From positions 35,904,437-35,968,436 of the forward strand of contig NC_092672.1 in the NCBI RefSeq assembly GCF_964355755.1: a stretch of 64,000 nt of DNA, written 5' to 3'. The position numbers and the translations under genes are program-made. Under the pieces are notes generated by a model, which saw nothing but the letters and a program-made list of their open reading frames with translations, ran no database searches and was not told the DNA's origin. The DNA is from Antedon mediterranea (lineage: Eukaryota > Animalia > Echinodermata). Shown piece by piece: positions 35,101 through 50,100 of this stretch (position 1 is the stretch's first letter; each line of letters begins with the position of its first letter).

Positions 35101-38100
35101 ATGGATATAGTACTAAAAGATCAGATTGTCATTTTGGATGAAGCGCACAACATTGAAGACTCATCAAGAGAAGCCGCGAGTTTATCAGTTACCACCGAAC
35201 AATTTGAAGAAAGTATCGCAGAATTGGACAAACTCAGTAAGCATATTTATTTATTTGTGTTTGTCGCCATCTATAGTTTTCATTCATTTTTTAGATTGAT
35301 GGTAAATCGGTGAAGTTAATTGATTGTAATACGAAATGACCGCAAGGGAAACAATACAAGCTCATCGGCAGACGACCATCGAATAACTTGCTTATTTTCC
35401 TGCCATTATCCATAAACTGGGTTGTTATCAGTTATGAGACTTTTTCTGCATCTATTGAACTAGTTAGGGGATACATTGCATCTTATAATAAATAAGTCCC
35501 CAATTTAGTTTTATTTTCGGTATGAATTCTTAGAAGGCGTCCTCGTTTTCTGAATTATAACTTAACTTCTCAGTTGCGTGTCATACTCAAGGCTTACTTC
35601 TTTGTGTTTTTTATTGAAACTCGGGGAAATAAAAAAAAAAAACGTTTTTGATTCCGTTCTACTTTATCATATCACTTTCCCTGAACCTAGTAATCAATAT
35701 TTATGTTAAAAATTAGTGTTTTGTTTAACTTTTGATTATGTTTGTCATTTATGTATTGTGATTAAAATTGGGTCACATAGACACGCGAGCTCACAGGAAG
35801 GCACATAGTCTGACGAGGGAGACACTCGTTAACTTGTTATAGGAACACGGTAATTGCGAGACACGTATTTGACACTTACGGCACGCAAACATATCGCATA
35901 CATCTCTCAGTTTTCATTTGTTGAAATTTTTTAGCAATTATTGAGTTTCGACATGCAATTCATTTGTGTATGCATTGAAATGACAATAATAACTTCATAA
36001 GAGAAGCTATCTGTTATCAAACTCATTTTTGTCTTCATCACCTTCCAAGCCCATTGTAAATTTCCGTGGTTGACTCCTGGTAATGGAGAGGGGGAGGAGA
36101 AGGGCAAGTGGAGGGGGTTTGAGAATGTGGGTAGATTTCTTCCCTCCCTTACTCCCTGCTTGTCATATCTGTTGTTTGTGTAAATAGCATGTTCCATCAT
36201 TCAATCAATGGGTTACTGTTCAGGTGTGTTTTTAACAAAATCACTTTAGTGGTGAAGCTTTAAAATGAGAGTTAATCATAAAATTATTTTTCTATATTTT
36301 TTATTTTTTAATCAAGGGGTTACTGTTCAGGTGTGTTTTAACAAAATCACATCAATTTAAAATGAGAGTTAATCATACAATTATTTTTCAATTGAAATTG
36401 TTTATTCATAAATTGATTCGTAGTTTAAAGATAATTAATATATATATATATATATATGTATATATTATTGTTTGCAACCTGTTTAAAGTAGTAATCTAAT
36501 CGTAACATCAAAGTTTTGTACTTTAATTAATGATTCATAAGTTATGATAAAGATACATCCGGTTGTCGGTGAACGTTAACTTCAAATGGCACACCAAGTG
36601 ATATACTTCCTCTCCTTTCATTCAGCGTATGACCTTACGACCTGCTTGGTATTACCACTCTATACGTTATACATGGTTGGGGCCTACCTATCAACAAACT
36701 CAGGAAACCAATAGAATGTAGTGTAACAGGTTATGTGTAATTACCGACGACCAATCAGTGATCCTGTTATAATGTGACTTGTTGGGTTAAAAGCTAAGCC
36801 GTTTTTTTTTTCTATTCTGGGTTATGTGAAATAATTGGATCCAGATTGAGATGTAAATAACTTTTAGTTTTGTGTTGTTCGGAAATTGAATGAAAACTCT
36901 ATGCTTTATGAATAATGTTTTTCTTACATTACAATATACAATAATTTCTGTGATAAATTGTTTTTAAAACAACTTTATTTAGAAAGAATGTTTGTTAACA
37001 GTTTTGTGTTTCATGGTAATCAAGAGCATTCAACTTTACCAAACTTCACTTTTTAGTTTTGCTTATTTTTTTCCTTTTTTTTATGTCTTAAAAGAATCGC
37101 TTTGTGTATGAGATGTTCTATCAAGTACCAATTATAATTTCATTAATTTAATAGAAATCTAATAAAAAGAAACATTTTTATTTTACTACAGTTAAAAATG
37201 TTATTCTGAAGTTAAAAATATGATTTGACGATGAAAATTTTAAAAGAAAAAAACATGAGTATGAATTTAAATACATCATACATACAGTATTTTGGTATGT
37301 ATTTCTAAAATACTGTTTATATAATACTGTACGGTATTTGCAAATAAAATTTAAAAAACGAAAAAACATGATTATGAATTTAAATACATTTTATTTTATA
37401 CAAATACATAAGTATTATATACAGTGTTTTAGAAATACATATCAAAATATGTTTGATGTTGCAAGCTTTTGGTGTTAGTGTATTAAATAGGTGAAGGACT
37501 TTGACCCAAAATGACTGTCCGTCCGAGATGACCCTAATTAGCCCTGTCCTGCTTTTGTGCGTTTCATCACGTTGGTCAATTATTGAATTTCTTCGTTGCC
37601 TGCTTGGTATCTTTTTTTCGACTCAAAGATAATTGCTTCTGTCGTAGTGGTCTTATTAAAAAAAGTTTTCAAGGATAGTTTAGAAGTAAAAGTCTAATTC
37701 TATTAAAATATCTACATTTTAATAAAGATAGAGTATGAATAGTAATGAAAGAGCTACTTATAAATAATAATGAGAAATCATGAATAATAATTGGAGCTCA
37801 TGAATAATAATGAGAGCTCATGAATAATAATGAGAGCTCATGAATAATAATGAGAGCTCATGAATTTAAATTTCTAAGGCACACTTTGTGAGGATAAAAA
37901 ATGCAATTTATTTATAACCAATTCTAAATATTTGTAAAGCAAATAGTGATTACAGAAACTAACATTAACAAACAAAATTTAAGTCCTAGTTTGTAATTTA
38001 TTTTTTAAAATTTTTAGAAAAATGGTTGATAGTTTGACTAAAGAAAGATTATTTATATATAAATAACAAACAAAGCAATTTTGATTTTATTTGTGGCCAG

Positions 38101-41100
38101 CTGAAAATGTTTTAAAATTTATTATTCATCATCATGTTGCTATAAAAGCATGATTATTGGATAAAAATATATTTTTTAACAGTGCTAATACGTACGATGA
38201 AATATTTTAGTTTTAGTATAATTTATTTTAGTGTTATATCAATTTATTAAATTTTAAAAGTTTTGTAAATGCCTTGAATCCAAGAAATTAATTTTTGAAA
38301 ATAATAAATAAATAAAAAATCTGTGAATATTTTAAATATTTGCAGTCAAAGTTGGTACATTTTTTTTGGATTAAATACTTAAGTGTCGTCTAATAATTGC
38401 AATCTCCTCCCCACTTGTTTAGCCCCTTAAAAAACAAGGCCTCCTAATTATACTGGACATTTAATGACCTTTCTTAGCCTAGAACAATGACCTCAAATCG
38501 TCACTACAACAAGCAAATCCTTATCAATTAGATCGACCATTTCTGTGTCGATTTACTTAAGACGTTCTAATATTTCAATTTGCATCAACAACTAAGCATT
38601 TAAACGTTAATTAACAAACGTAAACTGTTAACACCTAAAGGCATACAGAGCTTTAGTGTGTACTCAGTAAGGATCTAAAGTAGACGCACAATTCCCGCTT
38701 GATTTTAAGAACCGCTACTCTCCGAGGACCATCCGATAAAAGTGTCTGGACAAAAGGCTAATCCATGGTGGTATGTTCGCAAATTTTGTTGAGCCTGAGG
38801 TGTACCCAGGCTTCTGTAGACTCTCGCCGACAAAACTAAAGGATTAACTAATTTGTTTTTTTATCGGAAAATTATAAATTCAGTTATAAGTATATTTATT
38901 AGTTTGATCCAATGTATGTTTACAAATTCCTTATTTTCAGTATTAATTATTGTTGAGCAGTTTAGATTGAAATTGTTTTTGAATTTTAAAAATTTTTTTT
39001 TATTTAATCAACATCAATATTTATTACAACTATTTAAATATTACATAAGGTAAGTTTGTTAATATATATATAAATCAGTCAGGGTCATGTCAAGAAGTAC
39101 AATAGTACTGTAAACAAACAACTTTATTTAAAATAAATAAATAAAAATAAAAAATATTAAAAATATATTCTTAATAATAATAGTTATAAAAATAACAAAC
39201 ATTTATAAAGCGCTCTTTACCGGAGTTTCTCAACGCAATATAAAAAGAATGAATATTAAAATAGGTGAGTTCTTAAATATTTTATTAATATTGTGTGTGA
39301 TTCAATTTGTTTATTCAGTCAGTCTGCATAACTAATATTTCGGCCGTTTTAACAAGTTGAAATAACTGATTTGAAAGTGGGATGTGGAACAAACATAAAT
39401 ATGACAAGATTATTATTTTTATCAAAAATAGTAAGCAGCCAATTAACGAAAATCTACATTAATTTCCTAAAAAGACAAGTGAAGATTGCATAAATACTTG
39501 TGAATAATTTGGATGAATTGCGTGCAATTACCGAAGCACAGTTGACGGTGAATAGTGTTTGAAAGGGAAACATTTTGACGTCAAAGAGATAAAGAATATT
39601 TATGTACTATATTTATTTAGCAACATTCGCTAATTTTGTTTTTTGAAATGACATTTTAATGTATAGTGACAGTAAATATTTTTAGTCATTAAAGAAAAAA
39701 ACACATTCAGTATTAATGTGATTATTTTGGCTAGATTTTGGACTAAGCCCCCGCATTTTTAGCATTTCTTTTGAGTAAATTGGGTTAAACATTTTTTAAG
39801 TCAATTTATTCTTAGACGTTATATACTTCTTGGGTCTTATTCTCAAGGACCTTTTTTATGATAAGTTAATCTTTTTTGATAATTTAATTCCAGTAATACT
39901 TTATTACTATTTTATTTGAAATCAAAATTCAATAAAAATAATCAAAATGAAAATCTTAATATCATTAAAAAATAATTAGTTAAATAACTCCTCTTTGTTG
40001 TTTTTACTTTAAAGATGTATTGTCCCCCAAAAATATGGAAAATGAAGATAAATTAAATCAGACTTTGAATAGGGTACTATTTTGTAGTTTTAATAAAGTT
40101 AATCACATCTGTAGAAAAAAAGGAGAAAAAATATAGTTTTTACTTATAAAATAACATAATAAATGGTTAAATTCAACCAAAAATCCAAACAGCCAATTTG
40201 ACAATTTTTGATTTAAATTACAGTTTTTTCAGGTAAATAATTTTTGTTTAGATCCAATTTTTTGGTTTAATGTGGACAACCTTTATGTGACATTAAAATG
40301 GCATATTAAACAAAAATTTATTTAATTATTTTTCAGGGGGACAATATATCTTTAAAACTTTACCAGCAGTATAAGTTAAACAGTGCATTCCTAAATGTTT
40401 TTATCGGCTTCACCCAGGATTTTCACCCAGCGTAATTGATCCTAAATATTAAATAAATGACCGGGACACGCTTCACACTAATTACGGCTGTAAAGACAAA
40501 TTGAATTTGGAATGTTTTAATTGGTTAATGCAAGGTTAATGTGAGGTCAATTGCCACTTGTGGTTTGCAGGCCCCTTTGATTGCCTCTGCCAACTGGTTG
40601 CATTACCAATGTCCTTTTTACCCTTATTTGTAATTGCCAGCTGGCGTGGATGTCTGAAACATTTGTACGAAAGGAGTCATGGTTGACTTGAACCCATACC
40701 TTCCTGCTAGTCAACTATGTCATAAAATAGAACAACAACAAATGATTGTAATCAAATTATATCATTCAGAAATTTCAATTTATAAGAAAAAAGGCAAAAA
40801 ATATCAGAAAGGGTAAAAGAACAATAAAAAAGGGGTAATATTTAGAGAGTTTTATTTCACTCATTATTTTTTATATTAAGATTTTCATAATAATAACAAT
40901 TAATAACAAAAATTACTACAAATACAACAAAAATAAATATTTTCAGCTAGATAGTTAGAAACCTTTAATATTTGATATAAAGAATAAAAGAACAATCAAA
41001 AAGAGATTTAGAAAATTTTATTTAATCCATTATTTTTTTAAGATATTAAGATTTTCATTTTTAATAATAATAATTAATATTTACTATAAACAAAAATGTA

Positions 41101-44100
41101 ATAAATATTTTAGATTATTAGCTATTTTGATATTTTAAATAGGCTTTAAGAGGTTGATGTATATATTGTGAGGAGATATCTTTAAGTGTTAAGTTATCTT
41201 TAAACTTAAAGTTTGTAACTTTTCTTTCAATCTGTCAATCATAGAAACTGTAATTCTGTATTTGTACATTTATTGATTTTCTACAATCTAGAGTATTTTA
41301 GGAAACAAATTATTCAGTTTGAAAAATAGGTTACTTGATAGAACATTACAAATGTTTGGTCATCCCAGATTTGTTAGAGAATTTGAACTCAATTCTGATT
41401 GCAGAAATTAGCCAGTAAATTAACAGAGCTATTAAACTGCTATATACAACGTAGAAATGGTTTCGGGTGTTTTTGTTTAGCTTAATTTCCAACGTAAATG
41501 ATACATTTCTAGGCTACAAGTAGTCAAGATGTGTGCCACAAGCAGCTCTTTAGGCCTCGTGGTATAACCATCTGTGTTAATGGAGAAATGCTAGGCCCTA
41601 ATATCGCCACCTCATTTCACTGATAATCACTACAGGGTTTAAGTATCCCCAATTTGGCTGTAATTTATTCATAGATTAGCTAACTTCATTGGACATTTTG
41701 AGAAATTACTCCCGTGATGATTGAAGGAAAACATCGCCGTTGGTAAGACATCAATCTATCGCGATGGATTCACAGACATATTTCAATTCTTGGTTATTAT
41801 TAAAACAGAGGGGGAAAAGACAGTAGATTTAAAAGCTTCTTAGCAGACAAGAAACGCAAATCCATATCTTTTGAAATCATTATAACAGTAAACTTTAAAT
41901 TAATTCAAAATACTTTTCTTTTGTTTATACTTTTTAAAGAATATTAAGTGGCTCAGACAGTCAATTACTTTTTTGTTAAAATTTATTGAGTTGTCGGTGA
42001 AAAAAAAGTTTCTTTGTTGTTGATTAATACCAGATGAGAAGCGTTCTGATAATATATGATGCGTATTGTGATAATGAAGTACACGTTACAAGTGCTAAAG
42101 ATTTAACAATGCATTACAACTTCCCCTCCTCAAGTGTTACGCTCGAAGACCCCCGTATCTCATCCCAAACACCGAAGAAATAACACGGGAAATTAAAATT
42201 TGATATGAAAGGTTAGTAAGTAATTTAAATCTTGGATGATTTCAATTATGGTTGCATGCAAATATTGTAATTGAGCGTGGTATATAATCAACAGGATACT
42301 TGTTTCGATGTTCGCATCTAATGAGAACATTCTGCTTTGTAAAGCATTTACCGTCTAAGTTCCAATCACAAAGTCGTGGTTGATAGCAAAGGCTTTCTTT
42401 GTGATATTGTTGGTTTCTATTTATGTATAGCAGATGAACTGTGTCTGTTTTTAAGTGGAAAAGTTGTGATTCATAAAAAATTAATGTTCAGAGAAATGCT
42501 AATTATTAGGAAATATGCGCACATGTACTCATTACTTTGGAATTAAGATCTTTAACAACATTGAATGTTTAGCCCTAAGGTTCGTTTACACTCAATCAAA
42601 AACAAATGTTAATATACCACAAGAACAAAGTTGTTGGTACATGATTTTTGTTTCTCTTTTAACATGAATTGGCTTTTTGAAATAACTTCTGGCATTTATC
42701 AGGAATTTATTTTAGGAATGTCTGTCAAACAAGTTTACTCCCTCTATTGTTTACCACCATGACCACACTATTAATAATTTAATTTCTTATGACTACATTC
42801 TACAGTAATTACGCAAACATTGCGCTCCGGCTCCAATTCAGGTTTGCGGCAGATTGCGCATACAGCAATAGATTTTCCGTTTTCATGACGCATTCATGTG
42901 GCTACGTGCACATCGAGTAAAAAGATTGGAGCATAGCCGCATGGAGCGCCATGAAAACTATACATTAAGACACGATTGTATTTGAAAGGGGCCTATGATG
43001 GAGGTCTGAGAAGTCATAGACATTAGTTTTTTTGTTGTATGTATTACCATGACATCCTCAAAGAAACATTGTTGTGTTTAGTATAAAACCTGTTTGATAG
43101 ATGCCTTCATAGTATACTATTTTATTTATATGATTAATATTCTATAATTCAATAGTATAGTGTTACAGTATGTGAGAATTAAAGTGGCTGTATTTCATTC
43201 TATCTGCTATCCCTCTTCTCTATCAAGTCCACGAAGCCTCAAAACTGACCTCACTGCCAAGCACAAGTACTAGTGACTCAATTGGCCATCAGCCTGAGTG
43301 TACTAATAAGTCACTAGAGTGGGTTTGATGTTAGCTTGTAAGCAGCTGTATAGAATGCTGCACTTTTCTTCTCCTGAACCCAACCCACAAGTTGTATCCC
43401 CATGTGCATTCACAATAATTGTGATGACAAGAAAGATACCTTTACTTATCTGCTTAATTTTTCCCAAGGTTTTATGGATCATTCAAGCTAAGAGTGCTTT
43501 GAAATTCTCTTTAATTTGTGCAAAAAAAAAAGAAAGATTTCAAATATTCTAAAAATGTTCTTTGATGATTCAACAAGTGTGATGTCATCATTTAATACCA
43601 ATATAACTTAATTCTATCTATAGCCTCATCCTTGATACAGATAGCAATAGGTCATTGTAATTTGGCATGGGGAAGAGGTGGGCGTGACAATACACCCACT
43701 TTCCACCAAACCTACCCACCCACTCACTTTTTAATTTTTTCCACCCACCCTTAAACTTACTTACTTTTCCAACCCATTTTTTCTTATCCATACAGAACCC
43801 AATTTGCAATGTTCTTGATTATTATTTATTTATTACCTGTACATCTTAATTATAGAGGGTGACCCTAAACAGCGTATGCTGGCAATCAAGGGGGCCCTAT
43901 TGATGAGTGGACAGTGGCTGTGTGTATACTAGTACACCGGGGTAACCCCCTACTCATCTCGAAAAATGTACTAGGTTCTTTAAAGTGCACATGAGCCAGA
44001 TGTGTACACTGGACCTACCGTTTATAGTCCTTATCCGAGAAGACTCGTTCTACCACCAGAACCATGGAGCGAGTGAGGCTCGAACCCTTGCCGATGTTAA

Positions 44101-47100
44101 TATGGCAAGGTATTACGTTTCCACTGTCTTAACCGCTTGGCCACTCACCGCTTTGAATTTAAGTCTGAATTGTATATTTGGTATGAGGTGGGCGCTACTA
44201 TACACCTAGCTGCCACACTAGCCTAATGTTTAATTTAACACTTTCCACCCAACCTAACTCACCCACCCAAATTATACTTTTTTCTACTTACTCTTCAAAT
44301 TGTTTACTTTTCCAAACCCATTTTTTCATTATCGTAAGCTTATCGTTACAAATTATCACATTACACAGATAGTTTATCGGTAACATGATAGTGGATTATT
44401 AACTCCCTATTTTCTATTAGTAAATTGGTATAATTTATAAAAATAGAATCGTTTGATAAAACTTAATATTGGAAAACAAATGGGAGATATAATAATGTGT
44501 AATTGACAACCAACAAGAACACCAATCAAGGAATATTTCTATTCTAGGAACTTGTTTGTCAGAAGGATTTAAATACGTATTGAGGGTACAGTTAATACAT
44601 TAGTATTATGGGCAAGATTAGACTATTATCATTGGGTACTACTGTACGACATTCAATTCCAGAAATTGAGATTCACAATTTAGAAATTAGTGAAACTGTT
44701 GCTTCCAATGAATTAAAGTCTTGATTTCTTAAATAAATATAAATTGCTTTCAACAATTGCTTTCAACAATTTATTGCCTTTGTTTTATTGAAACGTAACA
44801 AATAAACTGGAATTAGAAACAATTACAACATACAATTGGAGTTTAGTAACAACCTGGTCCTACAAAGGAGGTAATATTATTCATATTAGTGAAATAAGCT
44901 CCTTTTTAAAAAAGTGTTGAAACTGGACTTTTTTTTAACTTCTTTTTTATCAATGTTGTTTCATTTGATATTTGATTAATATTAAACAAATAAACAATAT
45001 TGAAAACAAAATGATAAACAATTTATTTAAAACAAAATGATAAACAATATTTAAAACAAAATGATAAACAATATTTAAAACAAATATTAAGCAATATTTA
45101 AAACAAAATAATAAACAAAATTTAAAACAAAATGATAAGAAATATTTAAAACAAAATGATAAGAGATATTTAAAACAAAATAATAAACAATATTTAAAAC
45201 AAAATGATAAACAAAATTTAAAACAAAATGATAAGAGATATTTAAAACAAAATAATAAACAATATTTAAAACAAAATGATAAACAAAATTTAAAACAAAA
45301 TGATAAGAAATATTTAAAACAAAATGATAAGAAATATTTAAAACAAAATGATAAGAAATATTTAAAACAAAATGATAAACAAAATTTAAAACAAAATGAT
45401 ATACAATATTTAAAACAAATATTAAGCAATATTTAAAACAAAATGATAAACAATATTTAAAACAAAATAATAAAATATGTCAAATAAATAAATATTTCAT
45501 ATGTTTGTATATATTTGTTTTATTTGGGGGCCCTAAATGATCAGTTCCTTCACTAAACTGGATAGGCCACTCTCAATAAAAATGATATTAAATACATAAA
45601 TATAAGGGCTAGTGTTGCCCGAAAGCTCTGCTAAGTTTTCTGGCTATTTTACTTATCGCTTTGATTTAGCTTTTCGCTTTTTTTTTTGTATCTCCATTGA
45701 GATCCAGCCACTGATACCCACAGCATTGTCATTTTTTCAGTGCTTATTTTTTTTTGTAATAATAAACAATATTTAAAACAAAATGATAAACAAAATTTAA
45801 AACAAAATGATAAGAAATATTTAAAACAAAATGATAAGAAATATTTAAAACAAAATGATAAGAAATATTTAAAACAAAATGATAAACAAAATTTAAAACA
45901 AAATGATATACAATATTTAAAACAAATATTAAGCAATATTTAAAACAAAATGATAAACAATATTTAAAACAAAATAATAAAATATGTCAAATAAATAAAT
46001 ATTTCATATGTTTGTATATATTTGTTTTATTTGGGGGCCCTAAATGATCAGTTCCTTCACTAAACTGGATAGGCCACTCTCAATAAAAATGATATTAAAT
46101 ACATAAATATAAGGGCTAGTGTTGCCCGAAAGCTCTGCTAAGTTTTCTGGCTATTTTACTTATCGCTTTGATTTAGCTTTTCGCTTTTTTTTTTGTATCT
46201 CCATTGAGATCCAGCCACTGATACCCACAGCATTGTCATTTTTTCAGTGCTTATTTTTTTTTGTATCTCCATTTATATCCAGCCACTGATACCCACAGCA
46301 TTGTCATTTTTTCAGTAATTTGCCTTTGGATTTATAATAATAATAATAGATAGACATTTTAAAGCCGAAATTATACACATAAAGATTCTGTGACTTTTAT
46401 GTGAAAATTATGTGATTTTTTCCCTTGTAATTGTCATTTAATACTGTGTGATTTATTTTAAAACCTTTATTTATTGTCAAATCAATAACATTATGGCTAT
46501 TATGTTTTAGTTATGAAAATGGACATATGATTGCTCAATAGCGAAAGTACGATGTCGCTTTGGCAGGGTCACGGATTAGGGGGGGCACACGTGATAATGA
46601 TGGGGGTTTAACGATAAGCTTACGATAACGAAAATGGGTTGGCATTTTGGCACTTTCAAAGTGAGCGTGTTGGAGCGTTTTAGTGCCTCTTAAACCTTTT
46701 GCACTATTTGTTAATCATTATAAGCTTTGATTTGATGATCTGTGCAAGAAATCGCTTGGCACTTGTAAAAAAAAAACCTACTCATGTCAAATAAAATGCG
46801 GCAATCATTTTGAAATGTGCTGTATTCAAGTTTTATTATGTATTTTTTTTATACTGTGAATTGATTGTACAACTGAATTCTTTGACATATTTCTCAGAAA
46901 ACTGTGTTTTTGATATTGTTAAGAGAAAAAGTTTTGATATAATTTGCCCACTATATTTGCGTGCAATTGATATACAAGAATTGCAAAAATAAATAACAAT
47001 TTGGTTCTTCAATAGAAACATCATGGACGTGTCAAACCAAAATCAGTCCGGGCCAAAATCGGTCCGGCGGACCAGTTTTGGCTGCCAAAATCAGTCCGGG

Positions 47101-50100
47101 GGACCATTTATGGCTTCCAAAACTTGTCCGGCCGGACCAATTTTGGCCGCCAAAACTGGTCTGGCCTGGATAAAATCGGTCCGGGCAGTAGGACTGTTTT
47201 TGGCAGCCAAATATTGTCCGGTCTTACAAATATATGGTGCGCAAAATGAGTCATAATGTATATATCATTAAAAAAAGGCCATGATTAGTCATTATATTGA
47301 AAACTATGGGGTTTTATTTGTTATTTTAATATTATAAATTAAGCATGTTTTTTTTTATTATCATTATTAGTAGTAACTCATCAATAATATTAATAAGTAC
47401 TAATTGTTAGGCTTTTTGTATACAATATGTATCTCTGCCTGTTTTTAATCCATTTTGTTCTTTTTTAACATCTTCGTTTTCCCATGATGTTAAAAACAAT
47501 TTAATTTATTAATTATTTATGGTTAATCAATCAATATATCAATTCAATACAATTATTAGAAAAAAATTATCCAATATTGATTAGGCTGAGGAAGGAAAAA
47601 GGCCTCAATCATAAATCAAATCTAGCTGGCAATATCAGCGTCTCATACCCGTTCATGTGAGTGTTTGGCAGGCCGAAATATGAGTGAACACCTAAGTCAT
47701 GTTTTTAGATAAAATACATTTATTTATAGTATTTATCCGACAAGATAACTTACTAATATATATCATGAGATATTTTTCTAGCCATAAAACAACTTAAAAC
47801 AGCATCATAGGCCTAGTAATTCAATTAAAATCGACAGAAGAAAAGGCCGGACCGATTTTGGCAGTGGCGGACTGCTTTTGGCCACAATTTTAGAGCCAAA
47901 ACTGGTCCGGCCGGACCGATTTTGGCCCCGGACCATATTTATCGTGACACCTATACAATTAGATGTAGATATAGTACAGTTAGAAACATTTCCAACATTT
48001 ATTTCCAGATTAGAAGAAGGCGCTTGAAAAAGATCGTTTATTCGAATAAATATGGTACATATAATAAGCGGGGCTTTTTTTCAAATAAATATGGTAAAAA
48101 AAAATAAAACCAATGCACAGTAAAAACTGAAATATATACATACAGTATATACATATATATATATACATACAGTATATATATATATATAAATCAAAGAGCT
48201 GCATAGGCAGGATATAGAAAAAAATCAAGATCAAATAAGTTAAAACTGCCTCAATAAGATTTATTTTTACGACATGTTTCGGGCATATATATATATATAT
48301 ATATATACATACAGTATTTATTTATTTATGCTCTACCTTGGTATTGAGCACTCTATCCAAACGGTCTGAAAATTTCAACCTGAATATACATAGCCCTACA
48401 GTATATATATATTTATACAAGTCACATAATTTCCGTACATTGTTACATAAATATAAATCTACATTTGAATGATTAAAAGTTAAACAATCGACAATTAATA
48501 TCAGAAATTGTTTTTTTAATCATCTTTGTTTGCCTTTTACATTATTTCTAAGAAAGAGAAAGTACAACATTGAATTCAATGTTTGTATGTAATCTCCTAT
48601 TTATAATTTGTCTATTGTACTTTTTTTAACAAAAGCCTTGTTAATGGTTTCATCTTCAATGTAGAATTCAATTTTCTTTTGTGAGTTATTATGGTAATTA
48701 CTTTTAAGATGAAATACCACATTTATGGATTTAATATCTTTATAGAGTCTTAACGATTGTTGTAATAAACACAAATGGTTTTTAACAATTAGCAAAATGC
48801 GTCTTATAAACAATAATTCTTTTTTTTCAAATTGACAGTTTGATATCTTTATACTCTTCTTCGATTTAACAAATCATTTTCAATTTGAGCGTCCTTCGGG
48901 ATGGAAAGATTATTACAATTAATCAAGAAGAGAGCCAGATGTTGATTGGCTAACTTTAGAGTACTTAACTAACCTCAAAGGAGATTAAACTCCCTAAGTT
49001 CAAATAGAAAAAACATCATTAGTTAGTCATTGCAAACATTTCTTTCGTTTTAAAGTTTCAAGTGTTTTGGGAAAATGTTTTTTTTTTTTATGAAGTTTGT
49101 TTAAATCAATTAATGATGAATATAATATCAGCAGAGTCTTGTCATTTGATATCAATTAACTACTAATATGATATTTAGATATAATGTCATATATTCTGAT
49201 TTTAAAAATATAAACTTAATATTTCTGTCAGTATTATAATTATAAATTAAAATATATTAAAACTAAGTATTTGCCATCAATATCATTTTAAGTTCAAATT
49301 CAAGATGAACTTTTATTTTAAAATTATTTTCTATCTGCAGTATTTATATATTTTACCAGGGTGGCCCCCCCAATTAGTTAAAAAGACTGGTTGATGTTAG
49401 GGCACTGGGTACAATTGTACATATTGAAAGAAAATAATAATAATACATAGAGGTAAGATTGACGGTAATACAGTATTATACAACTTAAACTAAAAACGTA
49501 TTACAATTGTTAAAGATGTATTGTCCCCCTAAACAAAAAAATCTTAAACAAATTATTGTTGAATGTGCAATTTTATTTTCACATAATAGGCATCCACTTG
49601 ACCAAAAATTGGATTGAAAAAAAATGGATTTACCTGAAAAAACTTTAAAGCAAAAAAATGGCAGCGAATATTTTTTGTTGTTGAATTTAACCATTTATTT
49701 TATAAGTGAAAACATTTTTTTCTGTGTTTTGTTTTTCCAGAAGTGAATAACTTTATTAAAACTATAAAATAAATAAATGTCTTTTATTATTAATCTTTGG
49801 GAGACAATACATCTTTTTTCTGGGACTTTCATTCATTCATTGACTCTTTTAGCCCCAGACGTTTTTGTTAGACAAATGAACTGAAATGATGTGGTATAAT
49901 GTAACATCTATCTTTGTTTTTTTAAATCAATGTTATGTAGTTTGTTGGTTTATTGACAAATGAAAGGATATACCGTACTGACGCGGGTATAAGCCCACCC
50001 CCTTGAACATGAAATCACGTCAAGTTTGGGGGGTGGGCTTATACCCGAGTATGGGCTTATACCCGAGTCAGTACGGTACTCAGACACGAACCATAATTAA

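Noticed and set aside
44060-44151. tRNA gene
   Set aside because: A and B boxes are present, but the sequence continues into a SINE body that has a second copy; no clean cloverleaf or terminator.
44950-45943. Cys/Phe-rich and KQND repeat ORFs
   Set aside because: Translations of a 24-bp minisatellite.
47023-47256. Short ORFs at 6690, 7377 and 47023
   Set aside because: They derive from GC-rich terminal repeats of the TIR element.
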